This document shows positions 1 through 10,882 of a stretch of DNA of 64,000 bases, piece by piece. Where the stretch lies: the NCBI GenBank assembly GCA_963813715.1, contig CAWFAK010000002.1, positions 107,690 through 171,689 of the forward strand, written 5' to 3'. The notes under the pieces were generated by a model. The model searched no databases. It worked only from the letters and a program-made list of their open reading frames with translations, and had not been told where the DNA came from. The position numbers were made by a program, and so were the translations under genes. Numbering within the stretch: position 1 is the first letter of the stretch; every line of letters starts with the position of its first letter. This DNA is from an uncultured Planctomycetaceae bacterium (GTDB lineage Bacteria; Planctomycetota; Planctomycetia; Planctomycetales; Planctomycetaceae).

Positions 1-103
1 GGAATGGCAGAAGGTCTTCCGAGAGTCGCAAAAGAACGGTTCCCTGACCAAGAAGGTGGAGCGGGTCTACCTCAATCCGACCGATTTTTCCCCGCTCAAG
101 TAG
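1..103 (+). CDS. 3' end of a NIPSNAP-family protein (partial, runs off window start)
   Basis: Frame 2 reads EWQKVFRESQKNGSLTKKVERVYLNPTDFSPLK*, resembling the NIPSNAP C-terminal pattern (W...ES..NG.L...V....L.PTD[FY]SP.K). Not in the ORF track. Confidence 0.7.
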   Translation, partial: EWQKVFRESQKNGSLTKKVERVYLNPTDFSPLK

Positions 104-112
104 CGAACGCCG

Positions 113-1221
113 ATGGCCGACGTGATCCCCGAGACGACGCACGCGACGCCCACCCTGGCCTGGATCGGCGGAGTGGGCGGCTCGCTGCGGATCATCGACC
201 AGACCTTGCTGCCGGGCGAGCTGCGGCTCATCGATCTGGCGACGCCCGAGCAGGTCTGGGAGGCGATCCGCGTGCTGCGTGTCCGCGGCGCACCGGCGAT
301 CGGCGTCGCGGCCGCTTACGGCGTCGTGATCGGCCTGCAGACGGTGCTCGAGGCGTCCCGACCTGACTTCGATCGGCGTCTCGCTGAAGTGGCCGAGTAT
401 TTAAACGGCAGCCGGCCGACGGCCGTCAATCTGGCCTGGGCGCTGGCCCGCATGCTGGACGTCGCCGCGTCGCTGCCGGAGTTGCCGCGGCTCAGATGGC
501 CGCCCGACTGTTGGAGGAAGCGCGGCAGATCGAAGCGGAAGACCGCGAGATGTGTGCCGCCATCGGCCGCGCGGGGGCCGACCTCCTGGCCGACGGCACG
601 GGCGTGCTGACGCACTGCAATGCGGGAGCCTTGGCGACTGCGGGCGACGGCACCGCGCTCGCCGTGATCTATGCCGCTGTGCGCCAGGGGAAACGGCTCC
701 AGGTGTTTGCCGATGAAACGCGGCCCCTCCTGCAAGGGGCGCGGCTGACTGCTTGGGAGCTGACCGAGCGCGGCATCCCCGTGACTCTGCTCTGCGATTC
801 GGCCGCCGGCTGGATCATGCACGAAGGGCGCATTCAGGCCGTCGTCACTGGGGCCGACCGGATTGCCGCCAACGGCGACACGGCCAATAAGATCGGCACG
901 TATTCTGTCGCGCACCTCGCCCGAGCGCACGGCATCCCGTTTTACGTCGCGGCTCCCACCAGCACGTTCGACCTGAGTGCCTTCGACGGTCGCAGCATTC
1001 CGATCGAGGAACGCGCGGCCAGCGAAGTCACTCATCCGTTCGAGCGGCAGACGGCGCCCGTCGCGATCACTGCCCGCAATCCGGCCTTCGACGTGACGCC
1101 CGCCGAGCTGATTACGGCACTGATCACCGAACGCGGCTTGATTCAACCGGTCAATCGCGACACCATTCGCGCCGTCGTCGGCCGCCCCGATCCGCGGCCC
1201 CGGAGCTTGATCGGCACATGA
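113..1221 (+). CDS. mtnA: S-methyl-5-thioribose-1-phosphate isomerase (frameshift near 490)
   Basis: ORFs 113..610 and 496..1221 join: [78 protein letters not shown]. Confidence 0.95.
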
Positions 1222-2744
1222 ACTTCGCGCTGATCGGCGACGACCCGGAAATCCTGCCGCTCGTAAGCGCGATCGCCGCCCGACCCACGAACCGTCTCGA
1301 GTGCGCGGCCCTGGTGGGCGAACTCGCTTCGGAGCTGCGCTCGATCGCTCCCGCCATCCGCCTGCTGCCCCGCTGGGACGCAATTTTGACGGCCGGACAG
1401 ATCGACGCCGTGCTCGTCTGCGGCAGCGACGACGCCATCCTCGAGGCGGCCCGGCAGTTAGCGGCCGCCGGCAATCCTCTCATGATCTTGCCGCGAAGCG
1501 CGCAGGGTTCGACCTGGATTTACGAACTCTCGCTGATTCGCGACGAAGGGAACGCCTGGATCGTGCCGATTTTTGTCGATCGCGCGCTGCCGGGTTTCGA
1601 GCGGATTCTCGCCGCGCTTGACGCCGGCGCGCTGGGACGGCCGCTTTACTTGCGGATCGACCGCGAAATGCAGACGGCCGCCGACACCGGGCATCCCGGG
1701 CTGTCCAAAGTCGCGCTGGAAGATGCCCTGCTCCACGATGCCGACTTGCTGCGGAGCTTGGGCGGCGATTACAGCCGAGTCACCGCCGGTCTCTCGGGAG
1801 CCGTCGACGATCGCGTGGCGGCCGCGGCGATTACCCTCTCGGGCGAGGGGCTGCCGGAGGCGACCTGGATGGTCCGCGGCACGACGAGCCCGTCTCGTTT
1901 CAATCTGGTCATTGCCGGCGAACGCGGCGAAATTGCCGTGACCGCAGCGAGCGATCCGCCGGCCTGGTCGGTGCGGACCGAGCGAGTCACGCTGCCGGAC
2001 TTCGACGAATCGCTCTGGACCGACGACGGCTCGGCCGCCTTGGACTCGATCGAGCGACTGTTGGCTCGCCGAGCGGAGGGAAATCGACCCGCCGTTTCCT
2101 CGTCCGCCAACTTGCGCGCGTCGCATTCAGATCGCTCGGACGCAGCCGCCTGGACTGATCTGGTCCGTGCGTTCGAGGTGGTCGATGCGGCCCGCGTGTC
2201 AGTTCGCCGCCGGCGGGCCATCGATCTGCACTCGGAAACAGCGTCCGAACGCAATCTCTTCAAATCGCAGATGACGGCCCTCGGGTGTCTCACGCTGACG
2301 CTGACGCTCGTCGGCGTGTTGTTCCTGCTCTTGCTCATGCCGATGCTCGACGCCCGCAGCCGCGACCAGATCGAAGCCGAGCGGGCGGGCTCGATCGTGC
2401 GCCGCGACGAGTTCAAGCCGCAAAGCGCGGAGCTGAACGAGTCGGGAATCGAACATCTTCACCGCCTGGTGCCCCCGATGGGCGGCACCCGATTCCCCGT
2501 GCTCGTCGAGACAGCGCCCTCGTCGGACGATCGGGCCCTCAATGAGAAGCGCCACGACGTCGTGGTCGACACGCTCAAGAAGCTGGGTGTCAACGACGCG
2601 GCCCAGCGGACGCAGGTCGTGCCGATCGTCGGCGAATGGTATCCGCAGGCGCTCCGCTTCGTGCGGGTGCTGGTGTTTGCGCCGCTCGCCCTGTTTCTCG
2701 TGCTGCAGTTCTTCGTCTTCCTCACGCGGCCGGGGGCACGCTAA
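1218..2744 (+). CDS. Gfo/Idh/MocA-like (degenerate) protein with a C-terminal TM / extracytoplasmic domain / TM
   Basis: N-terminal Rossmann-like start ([15 protein letters not shown]), G.LGRP...R and H.ADL features; two hydrophobic helices ([42 protein letters not shown]). ATGA overlap with the mtnA stop. Confidence 0.7.
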   Translation: MNFALIGDDPEILPLVSAIAARPTNRLECAALVGELASELRSIAPAIRLLPRWDAILTAGQIDAVLVCGSDDAILEAARQLAAAGNPLMILPRSAQGSTWIYELSLIRDEGNAWIVPIFVDRALPGFERILAALDAGALGRPLYLRIDREMQTAADTGHPGLSKVALEDALLHDADLLRSLGGDYSRVTAGLSGAVDDRVAAAAITLSGEGLPEATWMVRGTTSPSRFNLVIAGERGEIAVTAASDPPAWSVRTERVTLPDFDESLWTDDGSAALDSIERLLARRAEGNRPAVSSSANLRASHSDRSDAAAWTDLVRAFEVVDAARVSVRRRRAIDLHSETASERNLFKSQMTALGCLTLTLTLVGVLFLLLLMPMLDARSRDQIEAERAGSIVRRDEFKPQSAELNESGIEHLHRLVPPMGGTRFPVLVETAPSSDDRALNEKRHDVVVDTLKKLGVNDAAQRTQVVPIVGEWYPQALRFVRVLVFAPLALFLVLQFFVFLTRPGAR

Positions 2745-2779
2745 AGAGCGAATGACGAAAGAAGCACGAAGCGCAAAGG

Positions 2780-3088
2780 TTACTGCGCCGGGCGGTGCCA
2801 GTATTGTTGGCTATACGGAGAAGCCGGCGAGAGTCCCCAGCCGCCGACGATCTGCGACTGATTGAGCACGTGCTTGTAGTTGTACGGACGGAACGAGTGG
2901 AAACCGGAATAGGCCGGAATTTCCTGCGTGTAGCCGTGCAGCCAGGGCGCCCGGCTATCGAAGCAGTAGCGGGCCTCGGCCGGGGCGACCATCGATTCGA
3001 CGACGTTGGGCTGCGGCGCCGGCATGACGGCGGCCGGACCGGCCCCCAACAGAGCCGACATTAAAACGGGCCAGCAGTTCGCCGCCAT
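2780..3088 (-). CDS. Small secreted aromatic-rich hypothetical protein
   Basis: GGAGG SD upstream of ATG 3088; signal-like N-terminus; Y/W/H-rich core (PWLHGYTQEIPAYSGFHSFRPYNYKHVLNQSQ...YSQQYWH). Confidence 0.7.
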   Translation of the reverse strand: MAANCWPVLMSALLGAGPAAVMPAPQPNVVESMVAPAEARYCFDSRAPWLHGYTQEIPAYSGFHSFRPYNYKHVLNQSQIVGGWGLSPASPYSQQYWHRPAQ

Positions 3089-3511
3089 CGGTAACCTCCG
3101 TGTCTTCGGGGGCGCGTCATTCGTCGCGCGGGGATCGAGCCCTCGTCCGTGAGGGGCAGATCGCAATCTTCCGTAATCTATCGGCTCGACCGACCGACCC
3201 TTGCCGGTGAACCAGGCCGCCCGCCGTTAGCTGTGCCGGATTAGTCGGCGGTCCCCGCCGCGATTCGCCCGTTTGTCGCATTGTGTGATCAGTTCGCAGG
3301 CGAACGAGTGTCGGGATTTCCCGGCCGGCGGACGTCAAAGGCGGCGGTTGTGGGAAACTGATTCTTGCGGGGGACGGTCAGAAGCCGTTCGGGCGGCAAA
3401 ACCCAAACTTCCCGTTCAATTCGCAAGACCCGCATAACCGATACGACCGTAAACACCCGTCTCTGAGCCATTTGCACGGACGGATTGCGCTCCAGAGAAA
3501 TCGGATCCCCG

Positions 3512-5584
3512 ATGTCTGACATGTTTGCGGCAACACCGCATTCTCGACCGACCCGGCGACGAACGCTCCTCTCGGAGACGGTTCGTCGGCCTTGGCGCAT
3601 TCGCACGGCTGCCTGTTTGCTCGCCGGTTGTGGCCTCGCCCTGCCGACGACGCGACTGGCCGCACAGCAACAGTGGGCTCCCGTGCCGTCGGCGGCCGTC
3701 GTCGCAGAAGCGCCCCCGCGGCCCCATTCGGGCCATCCGCTGCCCGAGCAAATCAGCGCGATGCCGAGCGTTTCCGAAAACCTCGAAATCGTACAGCATC
3801 ACAGCCAGCTCTTGGTCGCACGCACCAATGTCGTGCGGACGGCCGTGGCCGATCCGACCATCGTCGACATCGTGCAATACAGCCCGAGCGAGCTGTCGAT
3901 CATCGGGCTGGAACTGGGCAGCACCACGCTCACGCTCTGGTTCGACAACAGCCATCAGCCGTTGATCTACCAGGTCAACACGATTCGCGACCCCAACGTC
4001 GAAGAGCGTCGCCGGCTCGACTTCAGCAAGCTCGAACGGAAGCTGGCGATCCTCTTCCCGAACAGCAAGGTCTACCTGATTCCCTTCTCCGGCAAGCTCG
4101 TGGTGAAGGGGCAGGCCCACGACACCGAGGAAGCGGCCAAGATCCTGCAGATCATCCGCGGCGAAGTCGCCGTGACGCCGCCGGTGTCGGCCGAATTCGC
4201 AGAGAAGCAAACGCTCAACCAGCCGCAGCAGGCCAACCGGCGACACGTGACAATCAAGGCGGACGAATCGGCCGCCCCGGTCGCGACCGATATCGTGAAT
4301 CTGCTGGAGGTACCCGGCGAGTTCCAGGTGATGCTCCGCGTACGGATTGCCGAGCTCAACCGCTCGCTGCTCCGCAGCATGGGAGTCAACCTGAACAACG
4401 TGCTCTTCGATCGCCGGCACACCGTGCAGCAAATCCGCAATACACGCCGGCAGTCGCTCGCGGGGATTTTTGAAAACGGCGAAATCGACGCGGCCATTCA
4501 CGCCTTGATCTCCAACAACACGGCCACGATCCTGTCGGAGCCGGTGTTGACCGTGATCAGCGGGCACTCGGCCAGCTTTCTCTCAGGCGGTGAATTTGCC
4601 GTCCCGACGATCGTCGGCGTCGAAGGGGTCGGGGCGCAGCAGACGACGTTTCACGGCTTCGGCACGTCGCTCGTCGTCACGCCGCAAGTGCTCGACCACG
4701 ATCTGATCCGCATGAAGATCTCGCCGGAATTCAGCCAGCTCGACAGCGCGAACACGGTCAACGGGATTCCCGGTGTCGACACGCGGCGGGCCGAAACGAC
4801 CGTGCAGCTTCGCGAGGGGCAGACGATCGTGCTCGCCGGGCTGATCTCGCGGCAGAACAATACGTCCGTCGCCAGGACCGGCTGGAGCGACATGCCGGTC
4901 GTCGGACCGCTGTTCTCCGGCAGGCGTTCGCTGCAGGAAGAGACCGAGCTGTTGATTCTGGTGACGCCGGAGATCGTGCGGCCGATGGACGGGGAAGAAG
5001 TGCCGCCGGTGCCCGGGCACGAAGTGACCGCTCCCAACAACTGCGAATTCTTCAAGTGCGGCAAGACCGAAGGCTGCCCGGACCCGAACGTTTACCAGTC
5101 GGCGCCTTACGGCACCGGTCAAAACGCGGGCGTGCCCGTCGGCTTCCAACTGTTCAATTCACATTCGACCACGCCGACGGTTCCCGCCCAGGTCATGCCG
5201 ACGCCCGCGGCGCCCACCGCACCGCCGGCTCCGGGAGCCAGCACGCAGTATCGCCCCTACCAGCCGACGCAGACGCCAACAGCACAGGCGCCGGCCAGCG
5301 GCACGCTGCAATCGCTGGGCAACGCGCAGACGGCCAACTACGGCGCGCCGACCGATGGCCCGATCGTGCAGACCGCTGCGACGTTCTCGGTCTCGGACTC
5401 GCCGCAAACTGATTCGTCGGATCCCCGCTCGAAGTGGTACCAGCATCCGTTCCGCAGCTTCGGCTGGTCGCAGTCGACCCCGCAGCGTCCAGCCGACGGC
5501 GCGACCGCCCCGTCATCGGCTGCGGCAGCGCCACCTTCCGCAAGCGGAACGGATACGGCTCAACCGCAGCAGGTGCAGCCATGA
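3512..5584 (+). CDS. cpaC: Tad/Flp-type secretin (CpaC/RcpA family) with a Pro/Ala/Thr/Gln-rich tail
   Basis: Pilus-N domain (RTAVADPTIVDIVQYSPSELSIIGLELGSTTLTLW), QVMLRVRIAELNR, ILSEPVLTVISGHSASFLSGGEFAVP, TRRAETTVQLREGQTIVLAGL, ETELLILVTPEIV. Start uncertain (3485 or 3512). Confidence 0.9.
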   Translation: MSDMFAATPHSRPTRRRTLLSETVRRPWRIRTAACLLAGCGLALPTTRLAAQQQWAPVPSAAVVAEAPPRPHSGHPLPEQISAMPSVSENLEIVQHHSQLLVARTNVVRTAVADPTIVDIVQYSPSELSIIGLELGSTTLTLWFDNSHQPLIYQVNTIRDPNVEERRRLDFSKLERKLAILFPNSKVYLIPFSGKLVVKGQAHDTEEAAKILQIIRGEVAVTPPVSAEFAEKQTLNQPQQANRRHVTIKADESAAPVATDIVNLLEVPGEFQVMLRVRIAELNRSLLRSMGVNLNNVLFDRRHTVQQIRNTRRQSLAGIFENGEIDAAIHALISNNTATILSEPVLTVISGHSASFLSGGEFAVPTIVGVEGVGAQQTTFHGFGTSLVVTPQVLDHDLIRMKISPEFSQLDSANTVNGIPGVDTRRAETTVQLREGQTIVLAGLISRQNNTSVARTGWSDMPVVGPLFSGRRSLQEETELLILVTPEIVRPMDGEEVPPVPGHEVTAPNNCEFFKCGKTEGCPDPNVYQSAPYGTGQNAGVPVGFQLFNSHSTTPTVPAQVMPTPAAPTAPPAPGASTQYRPYQPTQTPTAQAPASGTLQSLGNAQTANYGAPTDGPIVQTAATFSVSDSPQTDSSDPRSKWYQHPFRSFGWSQSTPQRPADGATAPSSAAAAPPSASGTDTAQPQQVQP

Positions 5585-6055
5585 AGCGTCCGGCTGCTCG
5601 ATCGGGTCTTTCACGCCGGATTCTGCCTGGGCCTGCTCGGCCTGTGCGGCGGTTGCGGCTGGTACGCCGCCTGCCAAACGCCCGTGCCCGACGTCTATCC
5701 GCTGGGCGCGGTCAACCGGGCTCACTATGAAACGATGCAGGCCAATGGTCAGGCGGCCGAATTCATTCTGCACCAGAACGATTTCGTCGGCAGCACCAGC
5801 GAACTTTCGCCGGCCGGCAAGGACCACGTTCTGGAAATTGCGGCCCGAGCCCGCACGATGCCTTTCCCGGTGCTCATCGAACGCTCGGAAAACAACACGA
5901 GCCCGGCCCTCGACGAGCATCGCCGCGCGAGCATCGCGCAAGTGCTGACCGACTTGGGCATCGCCGACGCGCAGACGCGGACAGTCGTCGCCCCGGCTTA
6001 CGGTAAGGGGCTCGCCGGTCGCGAGCTCGAAACGGACGGCTCGGCCCGCGATTAG
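5581..6055 (+). CDS. Putative lipoprotein with an OmpA/CpaD-like domain (frameshift near 5590)
   Basis: ATG 5581 overlaps the secretin stop (ATGA). After a 1-nt shift the frame of ORF 5684 gives RLLDRVFHAGFCLGLLGLCGGC (lipobox-like), then F...SEL...G..H...FPVLIE...ALDEHRR...LTDLGI. Confidence 0.7.
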
Positions 6056-6099
6056 TTTCGGGGACTATCGTCACAGCCGACGTCCTCGGGCAGCGCGTC

Positions 6100-7706
6100 T
6101 TATTGCGGACTTTGTCCCGCGGCAGGTTCCGTCGTCACTGATTTCGAAGAAGTCGCGGTTGGCGCGTTCAATTGCGCAAGGAGCGTGGCGGCCGCGGCTG
6201 CCGGGTCGGCGGCACTCAGGATCGATTGACTGACGGCGATCCGCCGGGCGCCCGCCGTTGCGACCGCGGCCACGTTCTCCGCGTTGATTCCGCCGATGGC
6301 GAACCAGGGGAGCGAAATCTCGGCCGCCACCGCGCGGACCAGCTCCAGCCCGGCCAACGATTCAAACGCTTTCGTCGCCGACGGGAAAACCGGTCCGACG
6401 CCCAGATAATCGGCTCCGTCGAGCACGGCACGGCGGGCCTGCTCGATCGAGTGGGTCGAAACGCCGACCAACCGCCGCGGCCCGACAATCGCGCGGGCTT
6501 CTTTTACCGGCAACTCGTCCTGCCCGACGTGCACGCCGTCCGCATCAACGGCGACGGCCAGGTCGACGCGATCGTTCATGATGAAGAGTGCCGCCGGCCT
6601 CGCACGTCCACACCCGCACGCGGCGGCCCAGCTCGATCAGTCGCCGCTCGGGCATGTCCTTTTCGCGCAACTGCACGATGGCCACACCGCCGGCCAACGC
6701 CGCGCGGACGGCAGGGCCGATGCCGTGCGGGCACAGCGCATCGGTCGCCAGCAGATACAAACGCCGATCCGCCAATTCGTGGGCATTGACGTCGGCCAGG
6801 GTGAGCGCCTTTTCCAGCGTGTAGAGCTCATAGCGGAGCCGCTCGAACCGCGCGGCGGCGAGGGGCGACACGAGCTTGCCGAATTCCTCCAGCGACCGCA
6901 CGGCTTCCTGGGCCCGCTTAAATGCGGCTTGGGCCACTTCGGGCGGGCTCTTCCGCGTCATCTCGGCCGGCGTGCTGATCGTCGTGCCGACGTCGGCCTG
7001 CGTGTCGCGCGAACGGACGAGCCCAGCGGCGGGCAAACCGGTCAACGCGTCGCGCAGCGCGTGTCGGACACTCCTTCAGCCGCCGCGTCAAATGCGCGTC
7101 GTCGAGCGCGAAACGCGTGTAATCCTCCAATACGCGAAGCCCTTCCCGCGCACGGTTGGCGGCGGCATCTAAAATTCGCAGCGTCGCTGTCTGGTCCGTC
7201 GCCGACGTTTGTCGCCAGGCAATTTGAAAATCGACGTCGAGCGGCGCGGGGAGCGCGTCGATCGCCGCTTGCGAGTCGATATTCGGTGGAAGATCGACCT
7301 GTGCGAGCGCGCGCGACGCCGCCGATTCGACGCGACGAAGGGCTGCCAACAAGTCCGCGGTGCCGACCTCCGCTTCCCGCCCGCGACTGGCGGCGGCCTG
7401 TGCCGCAGTGGCGACGACTCGGCGAAAGTCTTCGCTCGGCGCGGAGTCCGCAGATTTGGCGTCCGAATTCGGGACGGCATCCTGCGCGGTGAGCTCTTCG
7501 ATCGGTTGCGGCAGCGGACAGTGGCGCTCGAGATGCGCCCGCGTGACTCCGCCCGACGCTAGCGCAGCAGCGGCTTCGGATTCGTCGAGAAACATGGCCC
7601 ACAAGAGGTGAGCGGGCTCCAATTGCGACGCGCCACACGCGGCAGCGAGCGCTGCGGCCCGCGCTAAGGCCCGGCGGGCCGCTTCGGTCATCTGATCGTC
7701 ACGCAT
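6100..7706 (-). CDS. thiE: Thiamine-phosphate synthase with N-terminal Clp-N and ThiD2-like domains (two frameshifts)
   Basis: ORFs 6918..7706, 6545..7045 and 6100..6579 join: MTEAARRAL...[10 protein letters not shown] (Clp-N), [33 protein letters not shown]...[34 protein letters not shown]. Confidence 0.9.
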
Positions 7707-7742
7707 ACCACCATTTTAGTGTGCTGGTCGCGAGAATTGCCG

Positions 7743-8599
7743 TTAGTCGCCGAGGATCTTCGCCCGCAGCGATTCCAGCAGTCGGACGGCGTGGCCGATG
7801 TCGGCTTTCTGGCGTTCGCGGTCGTGGGCGATTTCGCGCTCGATGGTGAGCGGGCCGTGATAGCCGAGAGTGTGGAGCGTGCGGAGATACGTCTCCATGC
7901 CGACGTCCCCTTCGCCGAGCGGGACTTCTTGTCCCCATTTCTTGGTGCGGGCGTCGGCGGGAGCCCACTTGGCGTCTTTGCAGTGGACGCTCCGGACGTA
8001 GCGGCCCACCTTGTTGAGGGCCTCGATCGGATCGCCCGTGCCGTAGAGGATCATGTTGGCTGGGTCGAAGTTGATATACAGGTTGTCGCGGCCGACGTCG
8101 CCGATGAATTCGAGCAAGTGATCGGCCGACTCCTGCCCGGTCTCGAGATTAAGCTGCTGCGCAGTTTTTCGCGAGATGGTCGAGCAGGTTGCGCGTGGTG
8201 TCGAGCAGGCTGCGATAGCCGGCCGACGCGCGGTCGGGCGGAACGAAGCCGATGTGCAGGGCGACCGTGCTGCAGCCGAGGATCTTGGCGAAATCGGCGA
8301 TTTCTTTCATTTCCTGCAGCCGGGCGGCCCGCGACGCTTCGGGCACCAGGCCGACCGTGCGGGCCGTGGTCGGGATGTCGGCATAGCTTTCGCCGTCGAA
8401 GCCGCCGAAGACGGCCGTCACGCGGATGCCCGCCTGCTCGCAGCGCTTGAGGAAATCGTTCCGCAGCGGCCTGCGTGCGGTTGCCTTGATGCGGTCCGTG
8501 GATCTGCACGGTGGGCACACCCAACTCGCGTGCCACGTCGAGGTGGACGCCCAAACCGGCGTCGATCGACGCGAAAACCCCAATTTCCCAGTTCTTCAT
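7743..8599 (-). CDS. Sugar phosphate isomerase/epimerase, xylose-isomerase-like TIM barrel (two frameshifts)
   Basis: GESYADIPTTARTVGLVP, ALHIGFVP, LETGQE region, INFDPANMILYG, SVHCKDA, EVPLGEGDV, GPLTIERE across ORFs 8051..8599, 8149..8583 and 7743..8117. Confidence 0.85.
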
Positions 8600-8864
8600 C
8601 GCAGCGCCTCGCGTGGCAGGAAAACAGCCAGTGCATAGTAACCCGGCCGGATGGCGACTGTCTAACGCCCAATTCTCCGCGCACGAAGGATCGTTCCGGG
8701 GTCGAAATTCTGGTGGCTGCCTTGCCCAAATCTCCTGGTGTTCGGCGCGACCGTCAGAGTCGAAACGACCGCTAAAGTTTTCCTATTCTCACAACCGATC
8801 TCACAGTGACTGCGCCCCATTTCGCGGGGGGGCGAGGCGCGCAGATTTCGAGCACAAGGCAAAT

Positions 8865-10004
8865 ATGCGCACGATCCCCCGCCTACAAACCGTGGCCGGT
8901 CTGGCACTCGCCTGGTGCATGTTCGCGGCCGTCGGTTGCACGACGCCGCTGAAGCACGACTTCGATCCGTTCGCGCATTCGGCATGTTCCGACGTGCCTC
9001 GCGAGCTGCAGAAGGCCGTCCTTCCCGAATATCGCGTCGAACCGCCCGACGTGCTGTTGGTTGAAGTGGCCCACAACGTCCGCAGTCCGAACGAGCTGAT
9101 CAAAACGGGCGAGGACCTGACCATCCGGGCCGATCTCCCCTCGGAGACGACCGGCACGGCTCCCAATCCAAACCTGACGGCCGCCGGCATCACCGGCTTC
9201 AACGACTATCACCTGATCAACGGCTACTATCGCGTGCAGGCCGACGGCACCGTCGACCTGGGGCCGATTTACGGCGCCGTACGCGTATCCGGTATGAACC
9301 TGGAAAATGCCCGCCTGAACCTTGTGCAACACTTGCGCACCGTCAGCGGCATTGCGGACGTCAAAGCGTCGTTGTCGTACATCGACACGAGCGGCCGTCA
9401 GTTGATTGCCGGCGAACACCTTGTCCGTCCCGACGGGCAGATCTCGCTCGGCATTTACGGCAACGTCCGCGTGGCAGGCATGACGCTCGACCAGGTGACG
9501 GCGGCGGTAACGGCGCAGCTCAGCAAATACCTGGATGATCCGGAAGTCCGCGTCGACATGCTTGGCTACAACAGCAAGGTGTTTTACGTCGTCACCGACG
9601 GCGGCGGGAACGGTGAACGCGTCGACCGCATTCCGTTCACCGGAAATGAAACCGTGCTCGACGCAGTCGCGCAGATTCAGGGTCTGTCGGACATTTCGTC
9701 GAAACGGGTGTGGGTGGCCCGACCGTCGCCTCCGGGTTGTGCCGGTTCGCAAGTCATGATGGTCGACTGGCGAGGCATCACGCAGGACGGCGTGACCACC
9801 ACGAATTATCAGATCCTTCCGGGCGACCGGATCTACATCAAGGCCGACGACCTGATTGCCTTGGATAATATGCTGGTCAAAATCACGACGCCGATCGAAC
9901 GCGTGATGGGTGTGATCCTGCTCGGCGCCGGTACCTACAACCGTGTCTTGAACGCTGGCGTTGTGACGAGCGGCTCGTCGTCGACGCCGGGCACCGGATT
10001 TTAG
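8865..10004 (+). CDS. Polysaccharide biosynthesis/export (Wza-like) lipoprotein
   Basis: Lipobox AAVGC; PEYRVEPPDVL; two Poly_export-like motifs (VQADGTVDLG..G.V.VSG; VRPDGQISLG.YG.V.VAGMT); SLBB-like GNETVLDAV; NYQILPGDRIY. Confidence 0.88.
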   Translation: MRTIPRLQTVAGLALAWCMFAAVGCTTPLKHDFDPFAHSACSDVPRELQKAVLPEYRVEPPDVLLVEVAHNVRSPNELIKTGEDLTIRADLPSETTGTAPNPNLTAAGITGFNDYHLINGYYRVQADGTVDLGPIYGAVRVSGMNLENARLNLVQHLRTVSGIADVKASLSYIDTSGRQLIAGEHLVRPDGQISLGIYGNVRVAGMTLDQVTAAVTAQLSKYLDDPEVRVDMLGYNSKVFYVVTDGGGNGERVDRIPFTGNETVLDAVAQIQGLSDISSKRVWVARPSPPGCAGSQVMMVDWRGITQDGVTTTNYQILPGDRIYIKADDLIALDNMLVKITTPIERVMGVILLGAGTYNRVLNAGVVTSGSSSTPGTGF

Positions 10005-10158
10005 AGCAACAACGACGCAGATCTGAAAAATTGACGGGGTGGATTCCCTTTTCACGGGAGCACTCAAGAGGTCAGTGTGCCGGGACGTTGTCCTTCCTGG
10101 TTGCGGGATCTATCATCTTGGAAGAACCCAATTGGGATGCGGGCGACGGAGGGCTGAG

Positions 10159-10722
10159 ATGAAACGCATCGTGCTCATCGCGGGGGCCGCCTTCTTGGCG
10201 GCGACATACAGCGACCAGCTTTGGGCGCAAATCCCGCAGTATCAGGGGGGGCCTCAGACCGGCGGTGGCGGCGGACCATCGCTCAAGCGCAGCACGCGAC
10301 CCGCCGTGAGCTCTTATACCGGCCTTTTGGGCTCGTCGGTCGGCGCATCGGGCGGGCTCGGGTACCAATACTTCACCCGCGTCATCCCTCAAGTCAACGC
10401 GGCACGTTCTATTAACTCCCTCGGCCGGTCGGTGAACCGTCTGCAGTCGCAATCGGGTTCCAGTTCGTCTTCACTTTCATCGATGCAGCAGGAGCTTCTG
10501 CTCCAGCAACAGGCGACGGGTTTGAGCTTGGGGACCACCGGACACCCGACCAGCTATTTTTCGCATACGCGTTACTTCGGCACGAACTTGCAGGGCGGCA
10601 CTCCCCTTTCCAGCGGAGCGGGCGGCGCTGGTGGACTGGGAGGCGGCCTGGGCGGAATTCCCGGCTCCTCGCCCGGATTCGGAACCGCCGGACTGTCCAG
10701 CGGCTCAGGTCTGCGGCACTAG
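10159..10722 (+). CDS. Secreted Gly/Ser/Gln-rich hypothetical protein
   Basis: GGAGGG SD; signal peptide MKRIVLIAGAAFLAA...WAQ; motifs RPAVSSY..LL, YQYFTRVIPQ, TGHPTSYF. Confidence 0.75.
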   Translation: MKRIVLIAGAAFLAATYSDQLWAQIPQYQGGPQTGGGGGPSLKRSTRPAVSSYTGLLGSSVGASGGLGYQYFTRVIPQVNAARSINSLGRSVNRLQSQSGSSSSSLSSMQQELLLQQQATGLSLGTTGHPTSYFSHTRYFGTNLQGGTPLSSGAGGAGGLGGGLGGIPGSSPGFGTAGLSSGSGLRH

Positions 10723-10882
10723 TGATTAGCGGCCGGTGCTCCTTAAGTGGTGATTCTTAACTGGGGAAACGCGCATTCGACGCGCCTGGGGTGAGCGACA
10801 ACGCTGGTAAATGTACCGGCGGCCGATCGAAGAATCATCGATCTGTCAGGGATGACAAATCGGAGTCAATGGAATGATCTCG

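Noticed and set aside
3380..3440. c-di-GMP-I riboswitch upstream of cpaC (GGCAAAA...GCAAGA)
   Set aside because: No GNRA-capped P2 stem or matching P1/P3 pairing.
7706..7743. TPP riboswitch upstream of thiE
   Set aside because: Only 36 nt of intergenic sequence; no CTGAGA motif.
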